From an uncultured Candidatus Rokubacteria bacterium (lineage in GTDB: Bacteria; Methylomirabilota; Methylomirabilia; Rokubacteriales; CSP1-6): a stretch of DNA of 64,000 nt. The stretch covers positions 32,001 through 96,000 of the forward strand of contig CAVWFS010000006.1 in assembly GCA_963754315.1 (NCBI GenBank), in the 5' to 3' direction. The stretch's first letter is position 1. Each line of letters opens with the position of its first letter. The notes under the pieces are model-generated. The model had not been told where the DNA came from, did not search any database, and saw only the letters and a list, made by a program, of their open reading frames with translations. Shown one piece after another: positions 22,557-30,958 of this stretch. A program made the position numbers and the translations under genes.

Positions 22557-23276
22557 TTAGCTGTACGAGCTTCGCGGCGGTCGGAAACCGCGTCCTGGAC
22601 GGTGCCTTGAGACAGGTTGGGTCGTCGCACGCCAGACAGAACCGCTGTACCTGTCCCAGCCATCGTCGTTCGTGCCGTCGGCTAAATCGTCGGCGTAGAG
22701 GCGGGCGAGCAGCGCGTAGAGCCGCTCGAGGATGGAGTCGCCCGGCTGCACGGTGATGTCCGCGGTCTGATCGGTGCCCTGGATGATCTCGTCGCGCCAC
22801 TGGCGGTGGCAATCCGTGGGGCAGACCGGCGGCAGCAGGTCCACCAAGCAGCCTGCTTCCACGTTGTTCCGGCTGTCGTAGGACAGGCCGATGGTGCGAT
22901 AGCCGGCATAGGCCGCCATCTGCAGCACGAGGTCGTGCTTGTCCGGCGTCATGGAGCTGCCCGGCAGGAAGACGAGCAGTGGCAGCCGTGGCGTCCTGGC
23001 CGCACCGGGCACGTAGACGGAATGCACGGCGCAGGGCGCCTCCAGGCTGCCCGCATCGCAGGAGGAGGTCGAGACCGGGCCGTATTGCAACAACTCCACC
23101 GGATCGTACGTGCCTCTCAGCACGGGCGAGTTGGTGTTGTAGTCGGCCACGGGGGGGCAAGCCAGAAGAGCGCAGGAACTCTGGACCAGAGCAAGGGCCA
23201 GGCACCACAGCCGGAGAGCGACGGGACGGGGAGCGCGTTGAGCCCGGAAGCGTCTTGCCGACACGCAAGCATTCAT
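22557..23276 (-). pseudogene. Exported alpha/beta-hydrolase-like protein truncated before the nucleophile elbow
   Basis: Signal-like N-terminus; LLVFLPGS, GYRTIGLSY, DSILERL..LL, GWDRY; then similarity ends with no GxSxG. Confidence 0.55.
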
Positions 23277-23488
23277 GGCGAACCTCCTGCCTGACCTTCG
23301 TCATAACTGAAAGCGCTGCGTCGTCAAGGGGTCGGCTACCGCACCGCCGTTGGTTCGGCGGATCCCAGAACTAAGGAGGTCCAGTGCGTAAAAACGTTGA
23401 TCGCTGCAAGAGGTTCACCATGGGGATACGATGTTATAGGTGTGGTCTGAGAGACGCTGACCAGGTATAGCCTCCGTGAGGGAATCCT

Positions 23489-23860
23489 ATGGCCACCTCG
23501 TACCTTCGCGATATCTGCTTCGACTGTGCTGATCCACATCGTCTCGCGCGCTTCTGGGCGGACGTCCTCGGTTATACGATTCGTCTACCGGAGCCAGCCA
23601 CAACATCGGATGTCTCCATTGCCCTCGATCCCCCCGCAGGTGGACTGCGTATCTGGTGTAACCAGGTGCCCGAGCCGAAGGTCGTGAAGAATCGCGTTCA
23701 TATCGACATTAACCTGCCTGATAGAGCGGAGATGGAGCGTCTGCACCGTCTAGGGGCACGTGCCCTCCGGGAGGTCCGCGATGCCGAGGGGAGACTGCTG
23801 TGGACGATCATGGCCGATCCCGAAGGCAACGAGTTCTGCGCCTTTCTGCCCAGAGAGTGA
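23489..23860 (+). CDS. VOC/glyoxalase-like protein
   Basis: ICFDCADPHRLARFWADVLG, VPEPKVVKNRVHID, MADPEGNEFC. Confidence 0.92.
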   Translation: MATSYLRDICFDCADPHRLARFWADVLGYTIRLPEPATTSDVSIALDPPAGGLRIWCNQVPEPKVVKNRVHIDINLPDRAEMERLHRLGARALREVRDAEGRLLWTIMADPEGNEFCAFLPRE

Positions 23861-23877
23861 TCAGGGGTCATGCCCCC

Positions 23878-25413
23878 CTAATTCGCCTTCAGCCGCACGT
23901 CCTCGAGCGGAGCCGACCATGGGTACGGGTCGATCAGCAACAATGCTGGCTCCGCGACACGGGGGCCGACGGCGCTCGCCCAGATGAACTCGTAGAGGGG
24001 CCCGAACCGCGCCCGGTCATAGAGTAACTGCTGCATCTGGTGGAGCAGAGCCTCGCGCTTTTTCCGATCGAGTTCGCGGGACTGTTGCTTGTAGAGGGCC
24101 TCCACGTCGGGATCGACCCCGCGCGCATATGCCCCTTCGCTTTGCACCTGCTCGGCGAGCCGCGTCGCCGCGTTGCCGTAGGAGGCGACCGTGCATAGGC
24201 AGACCCCGTGAAGCTTCTTCCCGAACCACGCCGTCTGGAAGGTCGCTCGCTCCATGGTGCGGACCTTCATGCGGATGCCGATGGCGCCGAAGTTCGCGAC
24301 GATGGCCTCGCCCGCCGAAAAGTACGGCGGATAGGGATAGAAGTCCCCGCCGTCGAAACCGCTGGGATAGCCCGCCTGGGCCAGGAGCTGTCTGGCCTTG
24401 ACCGGATCGTAGGCATAGGGCTCGAGGGCCAAAGCGAACTCGAACTTGCGCGGGACCATGCTGCCCGTCAGGCGCGAGGCCCCCAGCGTTTCAGCCTCGT
24501 TGATCGACTTGCGATCGACGGCGTGGTTTGCGGCCAGTCGCACCCGCCGGTCGGCCCACGGCGACTTCGGGTCCCACTGGTCGAAGAAATCGAGAAAGTG
24601 GACACCGATCGCCCCCGAGAAGGCGAGCTTGACGTTGGGATCACGCTTGAGCTCCTGCGCGGTCGGCGTGTCGATCATGTACGCGACGTCCACCTCGCCA
24701 TTCTTCACCATGGCCGCCCGCGTGGTGGCTTCGGGCACGCTCTTGAATACCAGGCGTTTCACCGACGGCGTCTTGCGCCAGTAGCCCTCGAAGGCCTCCA
24801 TAACCAGCTCCACGCCGGGCACGTGGCTCACGAACTTGTAAGGCCCGAGCCCGACGGGTTGCTTCTTGAAGCCGTCGTCTCCTACCCGCTCGACGTATCG
24901 CTTCGGGACGATCCAGCTGGCGCCGCTCGCCAGCGTAGCGTAGAAGGTCATGAAATCGGGATAGGGCTCATGCAGATGAAAACGGACCCGATGGGGCCCG
25001 ACGATCTCGACATCCCGCACCTTGTCCTTGAGAACCTTCCCGACCTTGGACCGCTGGTAGCTGAACTTCACATCGTCGGCGGTGAAGGCGTCGCCGTTGT
25101 GGAACTTGAGACCTTCGCGCAGCTTGAACTCGTACGTCTTGCCGTCCGAGCTCTCCCGCCACGACTCAGCGAGGCTGGGCGCCATGAGGTTACCGGGCAT
25201 CGCCTTGAAGAGCGCGTCGTGCATCGCATAGAGCACCCAGAACGGCGTGATGAAGCCGGCGGTCAGCTCCCCCGGGTCGAACCAGCCCGGGGCCAGAGTC
25301 ACGTAGAGGGCCCAGCGCATCTCGCCTTCTGGCTTCACGGGCGCTGCCTTGGGCTGCCCCCACGCGTTGCCGACCAGACCGATCGCGATCAGAATGGCGA
25401 TGGTGAATCGCAT
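23878..25413 (-). CDS. ABC transporter substrate-binding protein, family 5 (peptide/nickel-like)
   Basis: Signal peptide; PSLAESW, YEFKLREGLKFHNGDAFTADDVKFS, GLGPYKF, VRLAANHAVDR. Confidence 0.93.
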   Translation of the reverse strand: MRFTIAILIAIGLVGNAWGQPKAAPVKPEGEMRWALYVTLAPGWFDPGELTAGFITPFWVLYAMHDALFKAMPGNLMAPSLAESWRESSDGKTYEFKLREGLKFHNGDAFTADDVKFSYQRSKVGKVLKDKVRDVEIVGPHRVRFHLHEPYPDFMTFYATLASGASWIVPKRYVERVGDDGFKKQPVGLGPYKFVSHVPGVELVMEAFEGYWRKTPSVKRLVFKSVPEATTRAAMVKNGEVDVAYMIDTPTAQELKRDPNVKLAFSGAIGVHFLDFFDQWDPKSPWADRRVRLAANHAVDRKSINEAETLGASRLTGSMVPRKFEFALALEPYAYDPVKARQLLAQAGYPSGFDGGDFYPYPPYFSAGEAIVANFGAIGIRMKVRTMERATFQTAWFGKKLHGVCLCTVASYGNAATRLAEQVQSEGAYARGVDPDVEALYKQQSRELDRKKREALLHQMQQLLYDRARFGPLYEFIWASAVGPRVAEPALLLIDPYPWSAPLEDVRLKAN

Positions 25414-25657
25414 TCGGATTCCTCCCCGCTCGGGTGCTGAGACACCGTCTCGAGCGGTGCCTAGCATATGCTGTCAGCCCCCAGCAGGGCGAGGGGCGTG
25501 CTCCTAGCGGGGGGTGCCATGAGGTTCACCACGTTGATCACCCGCACCTTCAGCGCCCCGTCTTCCAGGCCCCTTCCGGTTGAATCCGGCCCAATGGATT
25601 GATACCATTCATTAATTCCGGCCCGCCCGGGGACCGCAACCTCTCACAGAGACGGAC

Positions 25658-26671
25658 GTGACCTTGGCTATGCGAACCATGCGACGCCTGATGCGATTGA
25701 TCGCTTTCTGCGCCGCCGTCGCCGCCGCCGGCAACGGGGTGGCCGGGGCTACAGAGCCTGCTGACCTGAACTCGGCCCTCGATCCCGGTCTTCAGCGCGG
25801 TCTCGAGCGAGTGGTGGCGGACCTGGGGCTCCTGCCCGACGTGGAGGCGCGCCGCTTGGCCGTTGCCGTTGTTGACCTCACGGTAGCTGAAACGCCGCGC
25901 CTCGCGATGCTGAACGGCAACACGATGATGTACGCGGCGAGCCTGCCCAAGCTCGCCATCTTGCTCGGCGCCTTCGTCGAGGCTCAGCTCGGACGGCTGC
26001 GGCTGGACGCCCCCCAGCTGGCGGCCATCCACGATATGATCCGCCACTCGAGCAACGAGGCGGCGACCCGCGTCCTCGGTTGGGTCGGCCGCGAGCGCCT
26101 CCTGGACATCCTGCAGACGCCCGGCATCTTGCTCTACGATCCGATGCGATGGGGCGGTCTGTGGGTCGGCAAGGCCTACGGCGCGGAAGGCGCATACCGG
26201 CGCGATCCCGTCGCTCACCTCTCTCACGGGGCGACGGCGTTTCAGGTTGCGCGCTTCTATTACCTCCTGGAGGCCAGGCGCCTGGTGAGTCCGGCCCTGA
26301 CGGCCTTGATGAAAGACGCGCTGGCGCGGCCGGCCATTCGACACAAATTCGTGAAGGGGCTGGAGAGTCGCCCCGCCGCTGAGCTCTTCCGGAAATCCGG
26401 AACCTGGCGAGACTTCCACGCGGACAGCGCCCTGATCCAGTCCGGCCGGCACACGCTCGTCATCGTCGGGCTGGCCCACCACCCTCAGGGCGGGGAATGG
26501 CTCGCCCGCATCGCCGCTCCGCTGCACGATCTCATTGCGCCGCCGCAAGCAACTCCGGATCGCGGGAGCGGCGAGGCCGCTCGGCGTGGGGCCGTACCGC
26601 CGTGGGCGGCCGTTCCCAGTGAGGAGCCAGCGGGCGGGGCCGACCGGACCGGAGGGTTACCGGGAGCCTGA
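25658..26671 (+). CDS. Exported class A beta-lactamase/PBP-fold serine hydrolase
   Basis: Signal peptide; SxxK (ASLPK), SxN (HSSN), KSG (RKSGT); exact start uncertain (25658-25691). Confidence 0.88.
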   Translation: MTLAMRTMRRLMRLIAFCAAVAAAGNGVAGATEPADLNSALDPGLQRGLERVVADLGLLPDVEARRLAVAVVDLTVAETPRLAMLNGNTMMYAASLPKLAILLGAFVEAQLGRLRLDAPQLAAIHDMIRHSSNEAATRVLGWVGRERLLDILQTPGILLYDPMRWGGLWVGKAYGAEGAYRRDPVAHLSHGATAFQVARFYYLLEARRLVSPALTALMKDALARPAIRHKFVKGLESRPAAELFRKSGTWRDFHADSALIQSGRHTLVIVGLAHHPQGGEWLARIAAPLHDLIAPPQATPDRGSGEAARRGAVPPWAAVPSEEPAGGADRTGGLPGA

Positions 26672-27967
26672 GGATGTGTCCGGCCGCGAAGGAGATCCGG
26701 CCGTGTTTGGCCTCGCCCCGTGCGCCCCGCTGATCAGCCGGTGGACTTGTACGGCCAGCGCTTGGTGGTCCGCCGCCGAGTTCTTCCGTAGGACATTGGA
26801 GATGAGGGCCACCATGTAGTAGAGCGTCCGCTCGCGCGCCGGCGACTCGATGATTGCGATCGAGTTCATGTAATTCTTGACGTTGCCCATGTACTGACGG
26901 CAGGTGAAGCCCGGCTCCGGGGCGCACGAGAACAGCGAGCCGGACTTGAAGTACACGGCGGCATCGGTCAGGGAGGGCGCCGAGGCGTAGCGGATGCGTC
27001 GCTCGGTAACGTACATCATGCGCTTGATCTCCCGGCTCGACCACGGGTCGACGAGCCGTCCCTCCTCCAGGCGCAGGAGATAACGCAGGAGATCGCGCGC
27101 CGTCCCGGTGCTATCGCCCGGTCCCGACACGATCCGCTTGCCCCCAGCCGTGAAGATGCTGCCCTGCCGGAGACGCTCGAGGTCGAGGCCGTTGCGCGTG
27201 ACCGGATCGGAGAAGGTCTTGACGAAGAGCGCGGTGAGATCCTTCTTGGGAGTATCCGCGAAGAAGCGGCGGATCTCGGCCTCCGAGGGCGGATAGGCGC
27301 GGCCGTACTGGCGAAGGAGCATCGCCTCGCGCATGACCATGCCGGCCGCTGAGTTCGAGCTCGGCGACATCATCCAGTCCACGTACTCCCACAGCGAGGC
27401 CCGATCGCCGATCTGGATGGGCCGCCGCGTGAGGGTTCGTGACTGCGGGTCGAATATCCGCACGGTATGGTGGTCGTACTGGGAGAAGGCGTCGGCGGTG
27501 ACCACGGTGGTGCGGAGCACCCGGCGGCGCGATTCGATATCGTCCGGGTAGGTATCGGCGAGGGCTTGGAAGAGCGCGAGCGCTACCAGGATCTTGCCGA
27601 CGCTGCCAACGTTCTGCTGGTGGTCGCCCCGGAGCTCGGCATAGCGCGGCGCAGCCAGGTCGGTGAGGTCGAGCACGGCGAGGCTGTAACTGGCGAGGTT
27701 GCCGCCGAGGAGTCCGGCCAGCTGGGCCGTGAACGCAGGGTCAGGGGCGGGTAGGTCGAACGTCTGCCCGGCGAGGCGCAGATCCACCTCCTTCATACCG
27801 AGGAGCGCACCCTGGGGTTGGGCCACGTCCCGGACCACCCCTTGGACGGCGAGCGAGATCCCGAGGAGTCGGCGAATCCCGGTCTCCGGATAGCCGTCCA
27901 GCGGATAGGCGGTGGCTGTCTCGGCGGCCATAAGGACGGCGGCGGCGCAGGCGAGCGCTCGGAGCAT
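26657..27967 (-). CDS. Second exported beta-lactamase/PBP-fold serine hydrolase
   Basis: Signal peptide (..ETATA-YPLD); SVGK, SSN, FKSGS; C-terminal Cys pair. Confidence 0.82.
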   Translation of the reverse strand: MLRALACAAAVLMAAETATAYPLDGYPETGIRRLLGISLAVQGVVRDVAQPQGALLGMKEVDLRLAGQTFDLPAPDPAFTAQLAGLLGGNLASYSLAVLDLTDLAAPRYAELRGDHQQNVGSVGKILVALALFQALADTYPDDIESRRRVLRTTVVTADAFSQYDHHTVRIFDPQSRTLTRRPIQIGDRASLWEYVDWMMSPSSNSAAGMVMREAMLLRQYGRAYPPSEAEIRRFFADTPKKDLTALFVKTFSDPVTRNGLDLERLRQGSIFTAGGKRIVSGPGDSTGTARDLLRYLLRLEEGRLVDPWSSREIKRMMYVTERRIRYASAPSLTDAAVYFKSGSLFSCAPEPGFTCRQYMGNVKNYMNSIAIIESPARERTLYYMVALISNVLRKNSAADHQALAVQVHRLISGAHGARPNTAGSPSRPDTSSGSR

Positions 27968-27973
27968 CTCGGC

Positions 27974-30958
27974 CTATTCCGACGGGGCCGCCCGCATGTC
28001 GACGGAGCGGCCCAGGTTCCGGGCAAGCGCCCGGTCCATCCCGACCAGATAGCTGTTGCCGCGCGCGAGACGGCTTTCGTTAAGTGGCCGGATCTGCAGC
28101 AGCCACAGCCGACCATTCACGAAGGCGAACTCGACGTCGGCCGCCGCGGGCTGACCATCTTCCCCGACCTGGGGGACACGCTTGGCGATCTCCTCGGCGA
28201 CCGCGATCAGCTGCTGAATCTCGCCGGTCTGCAGCACGGTCTCGCTTCCGGTGACCGGGAGGCTCGCCAACCCGCCGCTGGCGAGGGGGACCATCCGTCG
28301 AGGCGCGGTGGCAGAGGCCATCAGCCGCACGGCTCCGGTGCGCGTGTCGATTCGCAGCGACTCGGCGGCTTGGCCATCGACCGCCCCGCCGACCCCCTCG
28401 TTGGCGGCGACGGACAGGACGCCGCGGTCGCCGCTGTCCACGTCCTGCGTCACCATCACGCCGGACTTCTCCGAGGGCACGGTGCGCAGCAGCAACACCG
28501 CCGGGTAGACGTGCTCGGGGCCCTTCATGTGCGCCTGGCGCCACGCGAATGCGCGGGCCGTGTACGGAGACGCCCACACTTCAGCGATGGCCTTGACGAC
28601 TCGGTCGAACCCGACGACATTGGGCAAGGTCAGATTCAGCCCGGCGCCGGTGAAGCCTGGCAAGTCCTCTACGTTCGTGTCGGAGCGCACGAACACCCCG
28701 CCCTTGAAGTCCCGTCCGAACGCTTTCTCCATCGCCGCTCTCAGCCGCTGGCGGAACTCCGGTCCGGGCTCGGTGTTCCGCACGATCGAGTAGATCTCAG
28801 CCCGCAGCTTCTCCGCGAACTCGCTGGCCTGACGAGACTCCGGCGGCATCGACTCCAGCGTGCGGAAACGGTCGACCATCCACTGAAACACAGTCTGGCC
28901 CGTGTTGCGGTAGGGTCGATCGAGCACAGCCTCGCGGTATACGCCGAAGGGGATTCCCACCCCTGGAGCCACGCGGTCCGGGAAGGTCGCCCTGAGCTCG
29001 CCGAGCTTGGCCGCCTTCGGTCCGACGATGCGCCCGGAGTCGCGGGCGCGCAGCGTGTCGAGGCTGACGAAGTCGCGCACCGAGAGGTCGAGCTTCGTGA
29101 GGTCGGGGGTGAACGTGACGGCCGGGCCTGACTTGCCGTTCGCGGCAAAGGCTGCATCCCAGCCGGGCCCGTCCTCGGCGATCTCGACGAGACCAGCCGG
29201 ACTCACGGCCAGCACGATTCGCTTGCCGTCGGCCGGGCGCAGGGCGCTGACCAGTGACTCGTCGACCGCCACGTTCGGGATGCCAAGATTCCGAGCGAGG
29301 AGCTGAACGTGGGAGAGCGGGTTGCCGGCCCCGGTGGTGAGGATGCCCGCGACCGGCGGAAGGGCGGCGACAGTTTCGGGCAAGAGGTAGATGCCGTCCC
29401 GCGCGAACGCCTCTACGTGCTTCATGGCGGGCGCGGCGTGCAGCACGCCGCGCGCGATTCCGGGGTTAAGAGCATTGAGGCCAGTTCCGACGTCCCGACC
29501 GAGGAGCCGATGCTGGACGCCGGCCAGCCGGTTGGCGTCGCGGGAGAGCCGGTCGAGCACCTGCGCGTAGAAGAGCACCGCGCTGCCGCGCAGCTGGTCC
29601 TGGATGAACAGGTCGGCCATTGGCTCGACCTCGGCGAGCTTCTCCATCGCTTCACCGAAGTGCTGCCGCAATCGCTGGGCGCCCCACCCGGGCAGGAGTC
29701 CGAGATAGCGTAGCTCCTGTCGGTAGTCGGCGAGGGCGACCTGATCGGCCGAGAGCGCGGCCGAGGCCCGATCGAGGGCAGCGCGCTCTCTGGCATCGAT
29801 CAGACCGGTCCCGTAGGCGGCGTCGATGCCGGCGCGGAGCCGAACGACCTCCACGGCCCGCGTCGTGCCGGACGACCCGACTCCGAGCTCCGTCCCCGCT
29901 CGGAACGTCTCCACCTCTACGGCCAGCGAGAGGTCGATGACGCGCAGGCGTAGGGCGGGGGACGAGATCGTGGGGAGGGCGGTCCGGAGGTCGGCGAGCA
30001 GCCGCGTCGTCACGACGTAGCGGTTCCGCGCGTCTGGGTCCCGGGCGTACTCGCGCTGGGCCTCCGCGAGCCGCGCCTGGAGTGACGGCGCGGAGCCGAG
30101 AGCGGCCGCGTCCTGGGCCAGTCGCTCGCCGAGGGGGCGTGGCCGATATACGCGCTCGATCTCGGCGGCGAGCTCCTCGTACCGGGGCCGGATTTCGGAC
30201 CGCCCGGCCTTCCCCGCATACTCACGGACCCGCGTGGCGTCGGCGGCATCGGGCGTGTTGTGGATCTTCGCGCGCAGTGGGGCAAAGCCGGCGTCGCGGT
30301 CCGATAGGGCCGCCGCCATCTGGCGCACCTTCTGTGCGGAGGCAGTGTCCTCCCCGTGCGGGAGCAGGCGGGCGCCGATGCGCAGGGCCGGAAAGCGGAA
30401 GCCGATCCATTCCGGCCGCGCCGCCATGGCGACGAGGAGCTTGCGCGCGCTGTCGCGCTCGTCTTCGGCCTGGATGGCGCCGCGGTAGAACTGGGCCTGG
30501 CGGAGGATCCAGCCATCGTCGGCGGCGACCAGGAACTTCTCGATCAGGAGCTGAGCGTACGTGTCGGCAAAATCGGGAGCGGCCACCGCCGCGCCGGCAT
30601 CGAGGGCAGCGAGGAGCGTCGCCACCTTGTAACCTTGCGCACGCAACTCGCGCGTGCGCTCATTCCACTCGCCATGCTGTACGCCCCCGCCGTGCTTGGC
30701 GCAGGCGTACGACCGAGGCGGAAACACCGAGCCGTCCTTGCAGTACCACTTGATGGCGGAGAAGGGCCCCCGCGGGTTCTGCTTCATCTCGCCGATCCAG
30801 GCGCGATAGCGATCCGCACGGTCGCCCGGAGTCGCGGCGCCAAGGGGGGCACCCGCCGCCGGGGCCGATGCAGTGGATGCCGCGGGCAAGAGCAGCGCGA
30901 TCGTTAGGGCAACGGTGGCGCAGCGCCACCGGCCCCACGGTGACAACGCGTATCTCAT
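27974..30958 (-). CDS. Exported PEP-utiliser/dikinase-family protein (N-terminal domain, phospho-His swivel, C-terminal ATP-grasp), 994 aa
   Basis: Sec-type signal MRYALSPWGRWRCATVALTIALLLPAASTASA; GNPLSHVQLLARNLGIPN; VGPKAAKLGEL, GIPFG, VRSDTNVEDLPGFTGAGL, EVWAS, SGVMVT, EGVGGAVDG, DVEFAF..LLQIRP; ATG overlaps the NTT stop. Confidence 0.88.
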   Translation of the reverse strand: MRYALSPWGRWRCATVALTIALLLPAASTASAPAAGAPLGAATPGDRADRYRAWIGEMKQNPRGPFSAIKWYCKDGSVFPPRSYACAKHGGGVQHGEWNERTRELRAQGYKVATLLAALDAGAAVAAPDFADTYAQLLIEKFLVAADDGWILRQAQFYRGAIQAEDERDSARKLLVAMAARPEWIGFRFPALRIGARLLPHGEDTASAQKVRQMAAALSDRDAGFAPLRAKIHNTPDAADATRVREYAGKAGRSEIRPRYEELAAEIERVYRPRPLGERLAQDAAALGSAPSLQARLAEAQREYARDPDARNRYVVTTRLLADLRTALPTISSPALRLRVIDLSLAVEVETFRAGTELGVGSSGTTRAVEVVRLRAGIDAAYGTGLIDARERAALDRASAALSADQVALADYRQELRYLGLLPGWGAQRLRQHFGEAMEKLAEVEPMADLFIQDQLRGSAVLFYAQVLDRLSRDANRLAGVQHRLLGRDVGTGLNALNPGIARGVLHAAPAMKHVEAFARDGIYLLPETVAALPPVAGILTTGAGNPLSHVQLLARNLGIPNVAVDESLVSALRPADGKRIVLAVSPAGLVEIAEDGPGWDAAFAANGKSGPAVTFTPDLTKLDLSVRDFVSLDTLRARDSGRIVGPKAAKLGELRATFPDRVAPGVGIPFGVYREAVLDRPYRNTGQTVFQWMVDRFRTLESMPPESRQASEFAEKLRAEIYSIVRNTEPGPEFRQRLRAAMEKAFGRDFKGGVFVRSDTNVEDLPGFTGAGLNLTLPNVVGFDRVVKAIAEVWASPYTARAFAWRQAHMKGPEHVYPAVLLLRTVPSEKSGVMVTQDVDSGDRGVLSVAANEGVGGAVDGQAAESLRIDTRTGAVRLMASATAPRRMVPLASGGLASLPVTGSETVLQTGEIQQLIAVAEEIAKRVPQVGEDGQPAAADVEFAFVNGRLWLLQIRPLNESRLARGNSYLVGMDRALARNLGRSVDMRAAPSE

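Noticed and set aside
25599..25612. FNR/CRP-like TTGAT-N4-TTCAT upstream of the serine hydrolase
   Set aside because: Only one good half-site; insufficient support.
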